This document shows positions 18,022 to 27,503 of a stretch of 64,000 nucleotides of DNA, piece by piece. The DNA is from Prevotella sp. (GTDB lineage Bacteria > Bacteroidota > Bacteroidia > Bacteroidales > Bacteroidaceae): positions 9,174 to 73,173 of the forward strand of contig SUYG01000013.1 of NCBI GenBank assembly GCA_015060555.1. The letters run 5' to 3'. The notes beneath the pieces are model-generated. The model was not told the DNA's origin and did not search any database. It was given only the letters and a program-made list of their open reading frames with translations. Every line of letters starts with the position of its first letter. Within the stretch, counting starts at the first letter, position 1. The position numbers and the translations under genes were made by a program.

Positions 18022-18447
18022 TTAAATCAGTCCGTTGCGTACTGCGTATTCCCACGCGTCATGGTCTATCTGCTGCATGGTGCGGACGCCATCGGGCAGC
18101 TCGCTCACGGGATAAGTGGCCTCTATGGTGCTGATAGTGATGCGGTGTCGCCACTCGCCCTCTTCATACCAGCCCGATGTCCACTCGCCAAAGATGTCGA
18201 GCTGGACTTCCTCTTCACCATCGCGCTCCACCTTGAGCCTTACAATGTTACCGGCACCGAGGAACGTGAAACGATAGCTGCCAGCGTAAGGCGAATGGTA
18301 GAAGCCGCCGTGGCGGTTCCACTCAATCTGCTGCCCATCCTTGAGGTCTTTGATGTGCAGTCGCCAGTCATCGTTGGTGATGGCTTCGTCTTTATGCTGT
18401 TTCTCGGCGAAGAGGCGCAGATCCCATTCTTTCCACTTTGTGTCCAT
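18022..18447 (-). CDS. hypothetical cytoplasmic protein, paralog 2 (ara operon)
   Basis: I chose the start MDTKWKEWDLRLF; the track start at 18498 is also possible. It contains PYAGSYRFTF...FGEWTSGWYEEGEW, which matches paralog 1. Confidence 0.6.
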   Translation of the reverse strand: MDTKWKEWDLRLFAEKQHKDEAITNDDWRLHIKDLKDGQQIEWNRHGGFYHSPYAGSYRFTFLGAGNIVRLKVERDGEEEVQLDIFGEWTSGWYEEGEWRHRITISTIEATYPVSELPDGVRTMQQIDHDAWEYAVRNGLI

Positions 18448-18498
18448 AATTGTTCCGGTTTTAAAATTATGCTTTGTTTGAGCGTGCCCGTTATGCAA

Positions 18499-19209
18499 TT
18501 AGTGTTTCTGACCTTTCTGACCGTAGTAGGCGTTTGGTCCGTGTTTACGCATGTAGTGTTTCTCGATGAGGAGCGGGTTCATGGTAAGTTCGGGGTTCAC
18601 GCTGAAGGCGATGAAGGCCATCTTGGCGCATTGCTCCATGACCTTGGCGTTATACACGGCATTGTCGGGAGAGGTACCCCAGGAGAACGGACCGTGGTTC
18701 TTCACGAGGACGGCGGGCGTGTGGTCGGGGTTGATCTTGCGGATATTCAGGATTTCATCCACGATGACATTACCTGTCTCCAGCTCGTACTGACCCTTAA
18801 CCTCTGCCTCCGTCATATCACGTGTGCAGGGGATGTTCTGGTAGAAGTAGTCGGCGTGGGTTGTGCCGATATTGGGAATATCGCGACCAGCCTGTGCGAA
18901 GGCGGTGGCATAGGTGCTGTGTGTGTGCACGACGCCTTGGATGTTGGGGAAGGCCTTATATAATACAAGGTGTGTGGGGGTGTCGGATGACGGATTGAGG
19001 TCGCCCTCGACCACCTTGCCGCTTTCGAGGTCCACGACAACCATGTCGCTGGCTTTCATCTCGTCGTAGCTGACGCCAGAGGGCTTGATGACCACAAGAC
19101 CTTTCTCTCGGTCGATGCCTGAGACATTGCCCCAGGTGAAGATAACGAGGCCTTGCTTAACCAAGTCAAGGTTGGCCTTGAATACTTTCTGCTTGAGTTC
19201 TTCTAACAT
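18499..19209 (-). CDS. araD: L-ribulose-5-phosphate 4-epimerase
   Basis: 236 aa class II aldolase/epimerase. Motifs [18 protein letters not shown] and [15 protein letters not shown]. Confidence 0.9.
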   Translation of the reverse strand: MLEELKQKVFKANLDLVKQGLVIFTWGNVSGIDREKGLVVIKPSGVSYDEMKASDMVVVDLESGKVVEGDLNPSSDTPTHLVLYKAFPNIQGVVHTHSTYATAFAQAGRDIPNIGTTHADYFYQNIPCTRDMTEAEVKGQYELETGNVIVDEILNIRKINPDHTPAVLVKNHGPFSWGTSPDNAVYNAKVMEQCAKMAFIAFSVNPELTMNPLLIEKHYMRKHGPNAYYGQKGQKH

Positions 19210-19222
19210 GGGATGTTTTTAT

Positions 19223-19323
19223 AGTTTAAAGTTTATGGTATAAAGTTTAAAGAGTTCAAGATACTTAAAAGTCCAAAAAGGTTTAAGAAGTTCAAGAGGT
19301 CCTAGAGCGTAAGAACCTCTAGG
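19223..19323 (-). repeat. (CTTTAAAC/CTTGAAC)n array plus CCTAGAG/CTCTAGG hairpin between the NUDIX regulator gene and araD
   Basis: Sense sequence: CCTAGAGGTTCTTACGCTCTAGG ACCTCTTGAACTTCTTAAACC...CTTGAACTCTTTAAACTTTATACCATAAACTTTAAACTATAAAAACATCCC-ATG. The same repeat type occurs at 40781-40830 and 59700-59750. Confidence 0.75.
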
Positions 19324-19325
19324 GT

Positions 19326-20042
19326 CTAAAGCTTAAAGACTTGAACCTCCTTGTAAGCCCGTTCGTTGAAACGATAGAGGACGGCTCCACGCTTGGAGTT
19401 GACCTTGTCTATTTCTGATGTCTTCTCAATAAAGTGCATCTCGTTGACACGCTTGCGGAAATTGCGCTTGTCGATGCTTTCGCCCAAAATAGCTTCATAG
19501 AGTTGCTGCAGTTGTGTAAGCGTGAACAGAGGAGGTAGGAGATGGAAACCGACAGGACGCGAAGGAATCAGCGTGCGCAGTCGGCGTAGGGCCACATCCA
19601 CCATCTCCATGTGGTCGAAAAGCAGGATGGGCAACTTGTTGACATCTTCCCAATAGGCTGAGTTCTGATAGGTCAAATCCATGCTCACCTTCTCAATATC
19701 CACCAGCGCAAAGTATGCGATGGAGATAACGCGGCTCCCCGAATCGCGATGAACGGAACCGAAAGCACCAACCTGTCGCATATAGATATCGTGGAGCCCT
19801 GTCAGCTCTTTAAGAACGCGCTGTGCAGCATCTTCAATATCTTCGTCGCGATTCACGAATCCACCCATGAGCGACCATTCACCTTGTCGAGGCTCAAAGG
19901 GTCGCTTTTGTAGCAGCAACTTGAGTTTCCCTGCTTGGAAGCCGAAGATGATACAGTCGACTGCCACGTGGAATTTAGGATATTGTTGATAGAATAATGT
20001 TGTCATGTAGTTAGTAGTGTCAGTTCCCCTTTTCATTATCAT
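19326..20042 (-). CDS. NUDIX-domain transcriptional regulator (AraR-like)
   Basis: 238 aa. Nudix box GGFVNRDEDIEDAAQRVLKELTG plus a C-terminal winged-helix-like tail. NUDIX-type AraR regulators are known in Bacteroides arabinose loci. The exact start (20042, 20036 or 20006) is uncertain. Confidence 0.75.
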   Translation of the reverse strand: MIMKRGTDTTNYMTTLFYQQYPKFHVAVDCIIFGFQAGKLKLLLQKRPFEPRQGEWSLMGGFVNRDEDIEDAAQRVLKELTGLHDIYMRQVGAFGSVHRDSGSRVISIAYFALVDIEKVSMDLTYQNSAYWEDVNKLPILLFDHMEMVDVALRRLRTLIPSRPVGFHLLPPLFTLTQLQQLYEAILGESIDKRNFRKRVNEMHFIEKTSEIDKVNSKRGAVLYRFNERAYKEVQVFKL

Positions 20043-20102
20043 CAGTGAGATGTTGATAACATCAGGAGTGGAGTAGGAAGCTCCACTCCTGATGTGTAAG
20101 TA

Positions 20103-21827
20103 TTACCAGAAGTACCAGTAGAAGCAAGCGCAAAGACCCACGACAACAAGCGTGCCGATGATGTCGAAGGCGCCCCAGCTCTCCTTGATGGATTTCTTGA
20201 AGTCGGGTGTGAAGGTGATGGCATCAATCTGTTCCTGGCTGGGAGCCGGTGTGAACAGGGATACTGCATAGATGAACACGAGCAGGAACACCAGCAGCCA
20301 GCACTCAAAGACAAGCCAGTTGGTCTGCCAGAACCAAGCGGTGTTCTCCCAGAAGGCTCCTTCCATAGTGGCACGACCTGTGTCGGTGATGACATTGGTG
20401 ACCAGACGCAGCATTCCGATGAGGAAGCCAACAATCATGGTGTATTCACCAGCCTTCGGCGTTACCTTCTTACTGAGAATACCACATGCGAAGACAACAA
20501 CCATAGCAGGAGCCAGCAGCGACTGGATACCCTGGAGATAGTTGTACAGTGTGTCCATGCCCATCATAATAGGCAGCCATGCAAAGCCGAGAATCACGAC
20601 AACGACAGTGGCGATACGGCCTGTGAGCACATAGTGAGCCTCGCTCATGCCCTGCTTCAAAGGCTTGTAGAAATCTTCTACAAAGAGGGTGGCACAGCTG
20701 TTGAAGAAAGCTGCCAGAGAAGCAACGAGGGCGCAAATGAAACCGATGGTGACGATACCCTTGATACCTGCGGGCAACACCTGTTGAACCATAATGGCAA
20801 AGGCTGCGTCGGTCTCGCTCAGGTCGAAGGTTCCCTTCTCAGCCAGCGCAGCGGCTATCATACCAGGAATGAGGAACATGAAACAAGGCAGCACCTTGAA
20901 GAAGCCGGCTGCAATGGTACCGCGACGAGCACGCTTCATCACCTCTGCATTGTCCTCACCAGGGACCTGACCGAGCACACGCTGAACAATGTGCTGGTCG
21001 GTGCACCAGTACCAGAAACCGATGATGCAGGCACCCAGGAACACCACGAAGCCCGGGTACTCCTGATACATGGAGTCGCCTTCTTCCCAGTGAAACATGT
21101 GTGTGGTGCCGTAGCCATTGTTGAGCTGGCCGCAGTAGTCCATCATGCTGGTCCAACCTTCGACGATGCTGCCGCCGCCCAGGGTTGCGAGACCTAGGAA
21201 CAGAACCAGGAAGGAACCGATAATGAGAATCGGGGTCTGGATGGAGGAGAGTGTCATCACACCCTTCATGCCACCGAAAACAGTGAACACGGCGGTGATG
21301 AGAATCAAGCCAATAGCACCGTACCAGAAGTTAAGGCCCCAAAGGTACTTGAAGAAGATACCACCCGTCAAGGCTGTCACACTCACCTTTGTAAGGATGT
21401 AAGCCACCAATGTAATAACGGAGAGCCAGTAGCCTGTACGCTTGGTGTAACGGAACTTGAGGAAGTCAGGCATCGTAATAATTTTCCCCATCTTGTTGAT
21501 AAGAAACTGATAGAAGGGAACAAAGAGCCAGCCGAGGATGAGGATCATCCAACCCTGCATCTCCCAGTGGGCCATTCCCACACCGCTCTTTGCACCTGTT
21601 CCGGCGAGACCTACGAGGTGCTCGGAACCGATGTTGGCAGCAAAGATTGCCATACCAATGACGTACCAAGGTTCGCCCTTACCAAAGAGGTAAGCACTTG
21701 AGTCTTCGCCTTTCTGAGCTTTCTTGTCTTTGACGATAGCATGATATACAGCCCATATCACGCCAACGAGGCCGATGGCGAGAACCGCCCAGTCGAGCCA
21801 AATGAATTCAGTGGAATTCCAATTCAT
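20103..21827 (-). CDS. sodium:solute symporter family (SGLT-like) sugar transporter
   Basis: 574 aa with about 14 hydrophobic segments and SSS-family sequence character (GAANIGSEHLVGLAGTG, RRGTIAAGFFK). Confidence 0.85.
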   Translation of the reverse strand: MNWNSTEFIWLDWAVLAIGLVGVIWAVYHAIVKDKKAQKGEDSSAYLFGKGEPWYVIGMAIFAANIGSEHLVGLAGTGAKSGVGMAHWEMQGWMILILGWLFVPFYQFLINKMGKIITMPDFLKFRYTKRTGYWLSVITLVAYILTKVSVTALTGGIFFKYLWGLNFWYGAIGLILITAVFTVFGGMKGVMTLSSIQTPILIIGSFLVLFLGLATLGGGSIVEGWTSMMDYCGQLNNGYGTTHMFHWEEGDSMYQEYPGFVVFLGACIIGFWYWCTDQHIVQRVLGQVPGEDNAEVMKRARRGTIAAGFFKVLPCFMFLIPGMIAAALAEKGTFDLSETDAAFAIMVQQVLPAGIKGIVTIGFICALVASLAAFFNSCATLFVEDFYKPLKQGMSEAHYVLTGRIATVVVVILGFAWLPIMMGMDTLYNYLQGIQSLLAPAMVVVFACGILSKKVTPKAGEYTMIVGFLIGMLRLVTNVITDTGRATMEGAFWENTAWFWQTNWLVFECWLLVFLLVFIYAVSLFTPAPSQEQIDAITFTPDFKKSIKESWGAFDIIGTLVVVGLCACFYWYFW

Positions 21828-21832
21828 AAATG

Positions 21833-21885
21833 GAGCCCCCCTCTTATCCCCAAAAGGGGAAGACCATATAGGGGTTTGGGTCTAT
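21833..21885 (-). promoter_or_regulatory. conserved structured leader element, copy B (ends 5 nt upstream of the SSS transporter ATG)
   Basis: Sense sequence: ATAGACCCAAACCCCTATATGGTCTTCCCCTTTTGGGGATAAGAGGGGGGCTC. Confidence 0.7.
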
Positions 21886-21955
21886 TGTTACTAATAATTA
21901 TTTTTCGTTTTTGAGTAGCACGACTTCTACCTTAGGGAAGGGTAGGAGGGGAGCA

Positions 21956-23437
21956 TTATTTTCTTTGCTTCCAAAGTTTGGTCATATCCTCAAGTGTCTT
22001 TCCCTTGGTCTCGGGTACGAGTTTCCACACAAAGAGGGCTGCGAGGATACAGATGATGCCGTAGAGGCCATAGGTGAACCAATGGCCGAAGTCATCGCCT
22101 TCTGTGAGATGCATATTAAACATCGGCACAAAGGAGCTGGAGACAATGAAGTTGAAAATCCATTGGAAAGCTACAGCAATGGCGACGGCACCACCGCGTA
22201 TCGTATTGGGGAAGATCTCTGCAATGAGAACCCAGGTAATGGGTCCCCATGAGAACATGAAGGAAGCGGCATAAACCATGATGGAAGCTGCAGTGACGAA
22301 TTCCAAGCCTTCGTGTCCAAAGGTGATGGCTACGCCGAACGCTCCAATGGCCATACCCAAGGATCCCCAAATGAGTAGCGGTTTACGGCCCCATTTCTCA
22401 ACAGTAAAGATTGCCACAAGCGTGAAGAGGATGTTTACCACACCCATGAAGACTGTGATAATCATCGGGTTCTCCATTCCCATGTCGCCGAAGATGCGGG
22501 GGGCGTAGTAGAGGACGGCATTGATACCTACAGCCTGTTGGAAAACGCTGAGCATAATACCGACGAAGATGCACATGGCACCGTAGGTCATTAGTTTCTC
22601 GGTCTTCACAACCATCGTGTCCTTGATGTCTTGAAGAATTTGAGCGGCTTTGACGCTGCCGTTGATCCTAGCAAGAATACGCTGTGCCACATCATCACGA
22701 CCGATGCTAACCAGATAGCGTGGCGTCTCAGGAACGAAGCAGATGAGAAGGGCGAAGAGTCCTGCGGGAACCGCTTCGGAGCCAAACATATAGCGCCATC
22801 CCGTGGTGACAGTCCACTGTGCAGCAGGAGTGATGGCAGCAATGCCCTTGCCCATCTCTTCAACCAATGGCTGAATGTGGTCGCCCAGGATGAAGAAGTT
22901 CACGAAATATACCAACAACTGACCAAAGATGATGGCAAACTGGTTCCAGGATACGAGCATTCCACGAATCTCAGAGGGTGCTACCTCACCAATATACATG
23001 GGGCAGATAGCAGAAGCCAAGCCTACGCCGATACCGCCGATGATACGATAAATGTTGAAGGTGATAAGCAGGGAGAACGTAGGAGTGCCGTATTCAAAGA
23101 ACAAGAATTCGGGCTGCATACTGCCCAACGCGGAGATGAAGAACAGCAGTCCCGCAATGATGAGTGAACGCTTGCGGCCAAGGTTGGTTGCTAAGAAACC
23201 GGAGAGTGCTGAGCCGATGATGCAACCAATCAGTGCCGATGCAGAGGTAAAACCATGCCAACCGTCGGTGTAGGTAAAATCCTTGGCCTCCATGAAGAAA
23301 GCCTGCAGGCCTTTTTCGGCGCCAGAGATGACCGCCGTGTCATATCCGAAGAGCAGTCCTCCGAGGACGGCAACCATTACGATGCCAATTAGATATCCTC
23401 CACTGCCTTTGACGTTTTGAGTCATAATTATCAACAA
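21956..23437 (-). CDS. MFS sugar porter (XylE/AraE-like sugar:H+ symporter)
   Basis: 493 aa. Sugar-porter motifs LFGYDTAVISGA, GRKRSL, PETPRYL and PETKGKTLE. The start may instead be the Met 4 codons downstream. Confidence 0.85.
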   Translation of the reverse strand: MLIIMTQNVKGSGGYLIGIVMVAVLGGLLFGYDTAVISGAEKGLQAFFMEAKDFTYTDGWHGFTSASALIGCIIGSALSGFLATNLGRKRSLIIAGLLFFISALGSMQPEFLFFEYGTPTFSLLITFNIYRIIGGIGVGLASAICPMYIGEVAPSEIRGMLVSWNQFAIIFGQLLVYFVNFFILGDHIQPLVEEMGKGIAAITPAAQWTVTTGWRYMFGSEAVPAGLFALLICFVPETPRYLVSIGRDDVAQRILARINGSVKAAQILQDIKDTMVVKTEKLMTYGAMCIFVGIMLSVFQQAVGINAVLYYAPRIFGDMGMENPMIITVFMGVVNILFTLVAIFTVEKWGRKPLLIWGSLGMAIGAFGVAITFGHEGLEFVTAASIMVYAASFMFSWGPITWVLIAEIFPNTIRGGAVAIAVAFQWIFNFIVSSSFVPMFNMHLTEGDDFGHWFTYGLYGIICILAALFVWKLVPETKGKTLEDMTKLWKQRK

Positions 23438-23447
23438 CTTTTGTCAA

Positions 23448-24638
23448 TTATTTAATAGAGAACTTATAAGCGCAGTGGCTGCGATATGTCTCGTCGGGTT
23501 TCAGGTTGGCAGTAGGCCATTCGGGATGGTGAGGTGTGTCGGGGTATTTTTGGCTTTCCAGACATACGCTGACATGCTTCGGGTACTTGACACCGTGTTT
23601 GCGAAGGATGTTGGCATCGCGACCTACACCCTGGAAGTTACCTGTATAGACTTGGATACCAGGCTCATTGGTGAATACCTCAAGGAAAATGCCCGTCTCT
23701 GGGCTGTAAAGGCTTGCAGCCACCTGTGTGTCATCACCGCGATAGGTGTCCATATCATAAGTATTCAGGCAGAAGTTGTGATCCACGCCGCCTGCATTCT
23801 TGATCTGATCGAAGGTCGTGTCGTTGATAATCTCGTCCAGTGCACGGGGGGTGCGGAAGTCAAACGGAGTACCCTCTACAGGAGCAATCTCGCCCGTGGG
23901 AATATAAATGAGGTCCGAAGGTGTGAAGTTGTCGGCGTTCACATAGAGAACCATATTGGTGCCTTCACGGGAGAAGTCGCCGTTGAGGTTGAAATAGCTG
24001 TGGTTAGTCTGGTTGATGACAGTTTCCTTCGTAGTCGTAGCTTCCCATGTAATGTCGAGGGTGTTGTCATCGGTCAGTGTGTAGGTGGTGATGGCTGTCA
24101 CTTCACCAGGGAAGCCGTTATCGCCATCGGGGCTGACGATAGTCAACTTTAGTGTCCGGTCATCAATTTGCTCCGCATCATAAACCTGATACTGCCAGCC
24201 CGTGGGACCGCCGTGAAGGGTGTTTGTGCCATCGTTGGCAACGAGCTCATAAGTTACGTCACCCACGGAGAAAGAGTGGTTAGCAATGCGGTTGGCGTAG
24301 CGACCGATGCTGGCACCGTAATCGCTGGGTGAGTTAACGGCATCGGCATACTGCTTAACGTTGTCATAACCCAAGACAACATCCGTCATTTTACCGTTGC
24401 GGTCAGGAACCATGATACTGACGACACGTCCACCGAAGTTGGTGATGCAAACTTCCATGCCAGAGTCATTCTTCAACGTGTAGAGGGCGGTGACTTTTCC
24501 ATTGATGGTGTCAGAGAACTGCTCGGGATCGAGTCCGCTGAGCGTGGGTTCCACTGTGGCTGGCTTTTGCTCATTACAAGCTGCCATGAGTACAATGGCT
24601 GCTGCCATCGAAACAAAACCTTTCACGATAGTCTTCAT
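23448..24638 (-). CDS. galM: aldose 1-epimerase (mutarotase) with lipoprotein signal
   Basis: 396 aa. Lipobox signal MAAAIVLMAAC. Mutarotase motifs IGRYANRI, NTLHGG and NHSYFNL. Confidence 0.85.
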   Translation of the reverse strand: MKTIVKGFVSMAAAIVLMAACNEQKPATVEPTLSGLDPEQFSDTINGKVTALYTLKNDSGMEVCITNFGGRVVSIMVPDRNGKMTDVVLGYDNVKQYADAVNSPSDYGASIGRYANRIANHSFSVGDVTYELVANDGTNTLHGGPTGWQYQVYDAEQIDDRTLKLTIVSPDGDNGFPGEVTAITTYTLTDDNTLDITWEATTTKETVINQTNHSYFNLNGDFSREGTNMVLYVNADNFTPSDLIYIPTGEIAPVEGTPFDFRTPRALDEIINDTTFDQIKNAGGVDHNFCLNTYDMDTYRGDDTQVAASLYSPETGIFLEVFTNEPGIQVYTGNFQGVGRDANILRKHGVKYPKHVSVCLESQKYPDTPHHPEWPTANLKPDETYRSHCAYKFSIK

Positions 24639-24724
24639 GATTGTGAGTGTTGTTAGTTTATTAATAGTGATTGATTTTTCTTTTTGGTACGATGAAAAAG
24701 GGCATTCATGTCCCTAATTCGCCT

Positions 24725-24732
24725 CAAAGATA
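24725..24732 (-). promoter_or_regulatory. candidate -7 box (TATCTTTG) for the lipoprotein-galM/transporter operon
   Basis: The reverse complement of caaagata matches TAnnTTTG, about 87 nt upstream of the ATG at 24638. Confidence 0.45.
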
Positions 24733-24827
24733 GTGCTTTTTTATTTAAGTAGTGTCATTTTCACACTTTTTTTTTCGATTTGTGTGGTGTTTTTTTTGAA
24801 AAAGTACCCTTTAGTAGACGTTTGAAC

Positions 24828-24861
24828 ATAAAATGGAGCCCTGAAACGACTTCAGGACTCC
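24828..24861 (-). terminator. rho-independent terminator after galK
   Basis: Minus-strand RNA GGAGUCCUGAA-GUCGU-UUCAGGGCUCC forms an 11-bp stem with one G-U pair, followed by AUUUUAUGUU. It lies about 28 nt downstream of the galK stop. Confidence 0.65.
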
Positions 24862-24889
24862 ATAATAAGAGGTGTAAGACAGGGATTAC

Positions 24890-26050
24890 TTAACAGAGCT
24901 TGCGAGCACCGTCGCCGATGACAACATCAATGATCACGGGTTCCTTGCCAAACTTAGCCTTGAACTGCTCCTTGGCAGCCTTCACAAAACTGTCATAGTA
25001 GTGCTCGTCAACGAGGTTGATGGTGCAGCCGCCGAAACCGCCGCCCATGATACGTGAACCAGTCACGCCCTGCTCCTTGGCGATGTCATTGAGGAAGTCG
25101 AGTTCTTCGCAGCTGACCTCGTATTCCTTGCTCAGGCCATAGTGAGTTTCGTACATCATTTTACCGACGGTCTCGTAGTCACCCTTCTCCAGAGCGTCGC
25201 AGACAGCCAACACGCGCTCGCGCTCGCCGATGACGTAGCGTGCACGCTTGTAGTCCTCTTCACTAATCTTTGCCTTCACCTCATCGAGCTGCTCATAGCT
25301 GGCATCGCGCAGGCTCTCCACCTCGGGATGAAGCTCGTGGATAGCGGCTGCAGCGCGCTCGCAGCTGAGACGACGGTCGTTGTAGGGTGAGCCTACGAGG
25401 GCGTGCTTCACATTACTGTTCACCAGCACGAGCTTGTAGCCCTTCGGGTTCCAGGGGAAGTAAGCCACTTCGCCGCTGCGGCAGTCCATGCGCATGAGAT
25501 GGCCTGCCTTTCCGAGGCAGGAGATAGCTTGGTCCATGATACCGCAGTTCACGCCGATGTACTTGTGCTCGGTACGCTGTCCAACCTTTGCCAGCTCCAA
25601 GCGGTCAATCTTGTTATCACCAAAGAGGTCGTTCAAGCCGAATGCAAAGCAGCTTTCGAGAGCGGCAGAAGAGCTCATGCCTGCGCCAAGGGGCACATCA
25701 CCAGCAAATGCAGCGTTGAAACCCTCCACGGGAACACCCAGCGCCATCATCTCGCGGCATACGCCGAAGATGTAGCGAGCCCAAGTAGCCTTGGGGCCTG
25801 CGGGATCGTCGAGAGAGAACTGCACGCGGTCCTTCAGGTCAATAGAGTAAACATCCACATTGCGAGAGCCGTTGGGCTTGATTTCAGCAATCATGCCCTG
25901 CTCCACGGCGCCAGGGAACACAAAGCCGTTATTATAGTCAGTGTGCTCACCGATGAGGTTGATACGGCCGGGAGCAGCATAAACACTTCCTGTGCTGCCA
26001 TCGAAATGCTTGATGAAGCGGCTGCGGACATCTTCAATTGTAAGTTTCAT
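24890..26050 (-). CDS. galK: galactokinase
   Basis: 386 aa. GalK signature GRINLIGEHTDYNNGFVFP and the GHMP kinase motif PLGAGMSSSAAL. Confidence 0.93.
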   Translation of the reverse strand: MKLTIEDVRSRFIKHFDGSTGSVYAAPGRINLIGEHTDYNNGFVFPGAVEQGMIAEIKPNGSRNVDVYSIDLKDRVQFSLDDPAGPKATWARYIFGVCREMMALGVPVEGFNAAFAGDVPLGAGMSSSAALESCFAFGLNDLFGDNKIDRLELAKVGQRTEHKYIGVNCGIMDQAISCLGKAGHLMRMDCRSGEVAYFPWNPKGYKLVLVNSNVKHALVGSPYNDRRLSCERAAAAIHELHPEVESLRDASYEQLDEVKAKISEEDYKRARYVIGERERVLAVCDALEKGDYETVGKMMYETHYGLSKEYEVSCEELDFLNDIAKEQGVTGSRIMGGGFGGCTINLVDEHYYDSFVKAAKEQFKAKFGKEPVIIDVVIGDGARKLC

Positions 26051-26058
26051 AGTTTTAA

Positions 26059-26111
26059 GGGCCCCTCTCTTATCCCCCGAGGGGGAAGACCAAATAGGGG
26101 CTTGGGTCTTT
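26059..26111 (-). promoter_or_regulatory. conserved structured leader element, copy C (ends 8 nt upstream of the galK ATG)
   Basis: Sense sequence: AAAGACCCAAGCCCCTATTTGGTCTTCCCCCTCGGGGGATAAGAGAGGGGCCC. Confidence 0.7.
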
Positions 26112-26172
26112 GTTGATATTTTGAATAGTTGTAGTTAACGGATTGTACGCCTCATGTTTTTTGGGGAGAGGT

Positions 26173-27462
26173 TTAGTCAACGGGAATGTCGGTGTTGACA
26201 TTCTTGTGACCGATGAGGGCGTAATAAAGGATATAAACAGCGCAGAGCAGGGGCACCCAGTAGGAGATGAGGTAGCTGCCTGTCCAGTCTGCAACGAGAC
26301 CCTGAATGGCCACCATGATGGCGAAGCCCACTACCATTGTCATGAACGCGCCGGAGGCGATAGCGGTGTATTTGCCGAGACCTTCCGTGGCAAGGTTGAA
26401 GATGCCACCCCACATCACGCTGGCACAGAGGCCGACGAGCAGGAAGCAGAAGATACCCACGGGCACGTTACCCCACAGGATAGCCATATTCGTGTAGTCG
26501 ATACCGGGAACGCTCACGGCCACTGTGGTGGGAAGATAGATACCTGCCAGAAGCAGGATGATGGCGAGACCGCTGACGAAGGTCATCATAGCCTTGGTGC
26601 TGACCTTACCACCCACGCTGGCACCGACGAAACGACCGATGAGCATGAAGAGGAAGTAGATGGATCCCAGCGTGCCGACATAGCCTGCATCCATAGCGAG
26701 ACCTGGGGTTGGAGCGTCTGCAGCTGCTGTCAGATACTGGAGAATGAAACCAGGAATACCCATTTCAATGCCACCGTAAAGGCCGATAGCGAGGATGCCA
26801 AGGTTGAAGTGGCGGAAAGAGAACGCGCTGTGAGGATCTTTCTCGCCGTCCTTCTTCTCCACGGGCTGCTGGGGTTCTTCTATTTTGGTGAAGAAGATGA
26901 CGATGAAGGCAATCACAAAGATAGCTAACGCGATCATCAGTGCGGGGGTGGCATCAGAAATTTTGGCCTTAGCAGCATCACCGATGAGTGCACCCATAAT
27001 GATGTATACTGCAACGGCTGCTGTGGAGTTAAACACACCACCCGTCTGGATGAGCTGGTTACCCTTGTTACCACCACCGCAAAGGATGTTCAGCATAGGG
27101 TTCACAACGGTGTTAAGGATACACATACAGCATCCGGAGATGAGGGCGCCGCAGAGATAAACGGCCATACCACCCCAACCGGAGAGCCACTGCACGAGGA
27201 TACCCGTGATACCCACCAGCAGGCCGATGAGTGCAGTACGCTTGTAGCCCCATTTCTGAATCATCATACCAGCGGGAAAGCCCATGATCAGGTAGGCACC
27301 GAAGTTTCCGTAGTTACCAATCATAGCCATAAAGTTGGTGGTACCGAATTGGTTTTTCACGATGACACCCATGGGCGAACACAGGTTCGTCACAAAGGCA
27401 ATCATGGCAAAGAGGGCAATCATCACAATGATTGCGCCCCATTGTTTTTGTTGATTACTCAT
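26173..27462 (-). CDS. MFS transporter, FucP / glucose-galactose permease family
   Basis: 429 aa with 12 hydrophobic segments. The N-terminus and loop pattern resemble the L-fucose:H+ symporter family. It lies between galM and galK. Confidence 0.75.
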   Translation of the reverse strand: MSNQQKQWGAIIVMIALFAMIAFVTNLCSPMGVIVKNQFGTTNFMAMIGNYGNFGAYLIMGFPAGMMIQKWGYKRTALIGLLVGITGILVQWLSGWGGMAVYLCGALISGCCMCILNTVVNPMLNILCGGGNKGNQLIQTGGVFNSTAAVAVYIIMGALIGDAAKAKISDATPALMIALAIFVIAFIVIFFTKIEEPQQPVEKKDGEKDPHSAFSFRHFNLGILAIGLYGGIEMGIPGFILQYLTAAADAPTPGLAMDAGYVGTLGSIYFLFMLIGRFVGASVGGKVSTKAMMTFVSGLAIILLLAGIYLPTTVAVSVPGIDYTNMAILWGNVPVGIFCFLLVGLCASVMWGGIFNLATEGLGKYTAIASGAFMTMVVGFAIMVAIQGLVADWTGSYLISYWVPLLCAVYILYYALIGHKNVNTDIPVD

Positions 27463-27503
27463 AATTTGTTATTTGGTATGTATATAAGTGATTTCTCTTA
27501 AAG

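Noticed and set aside
20042-20434. 130-aa minus-strand ORF overlapping the 3' end of the SSS transporter gene
   Set aside because: It is an alternative frame of a well-supported transporter gene and is Ser/Pro/Arg-rich, so it is a frame artefact.
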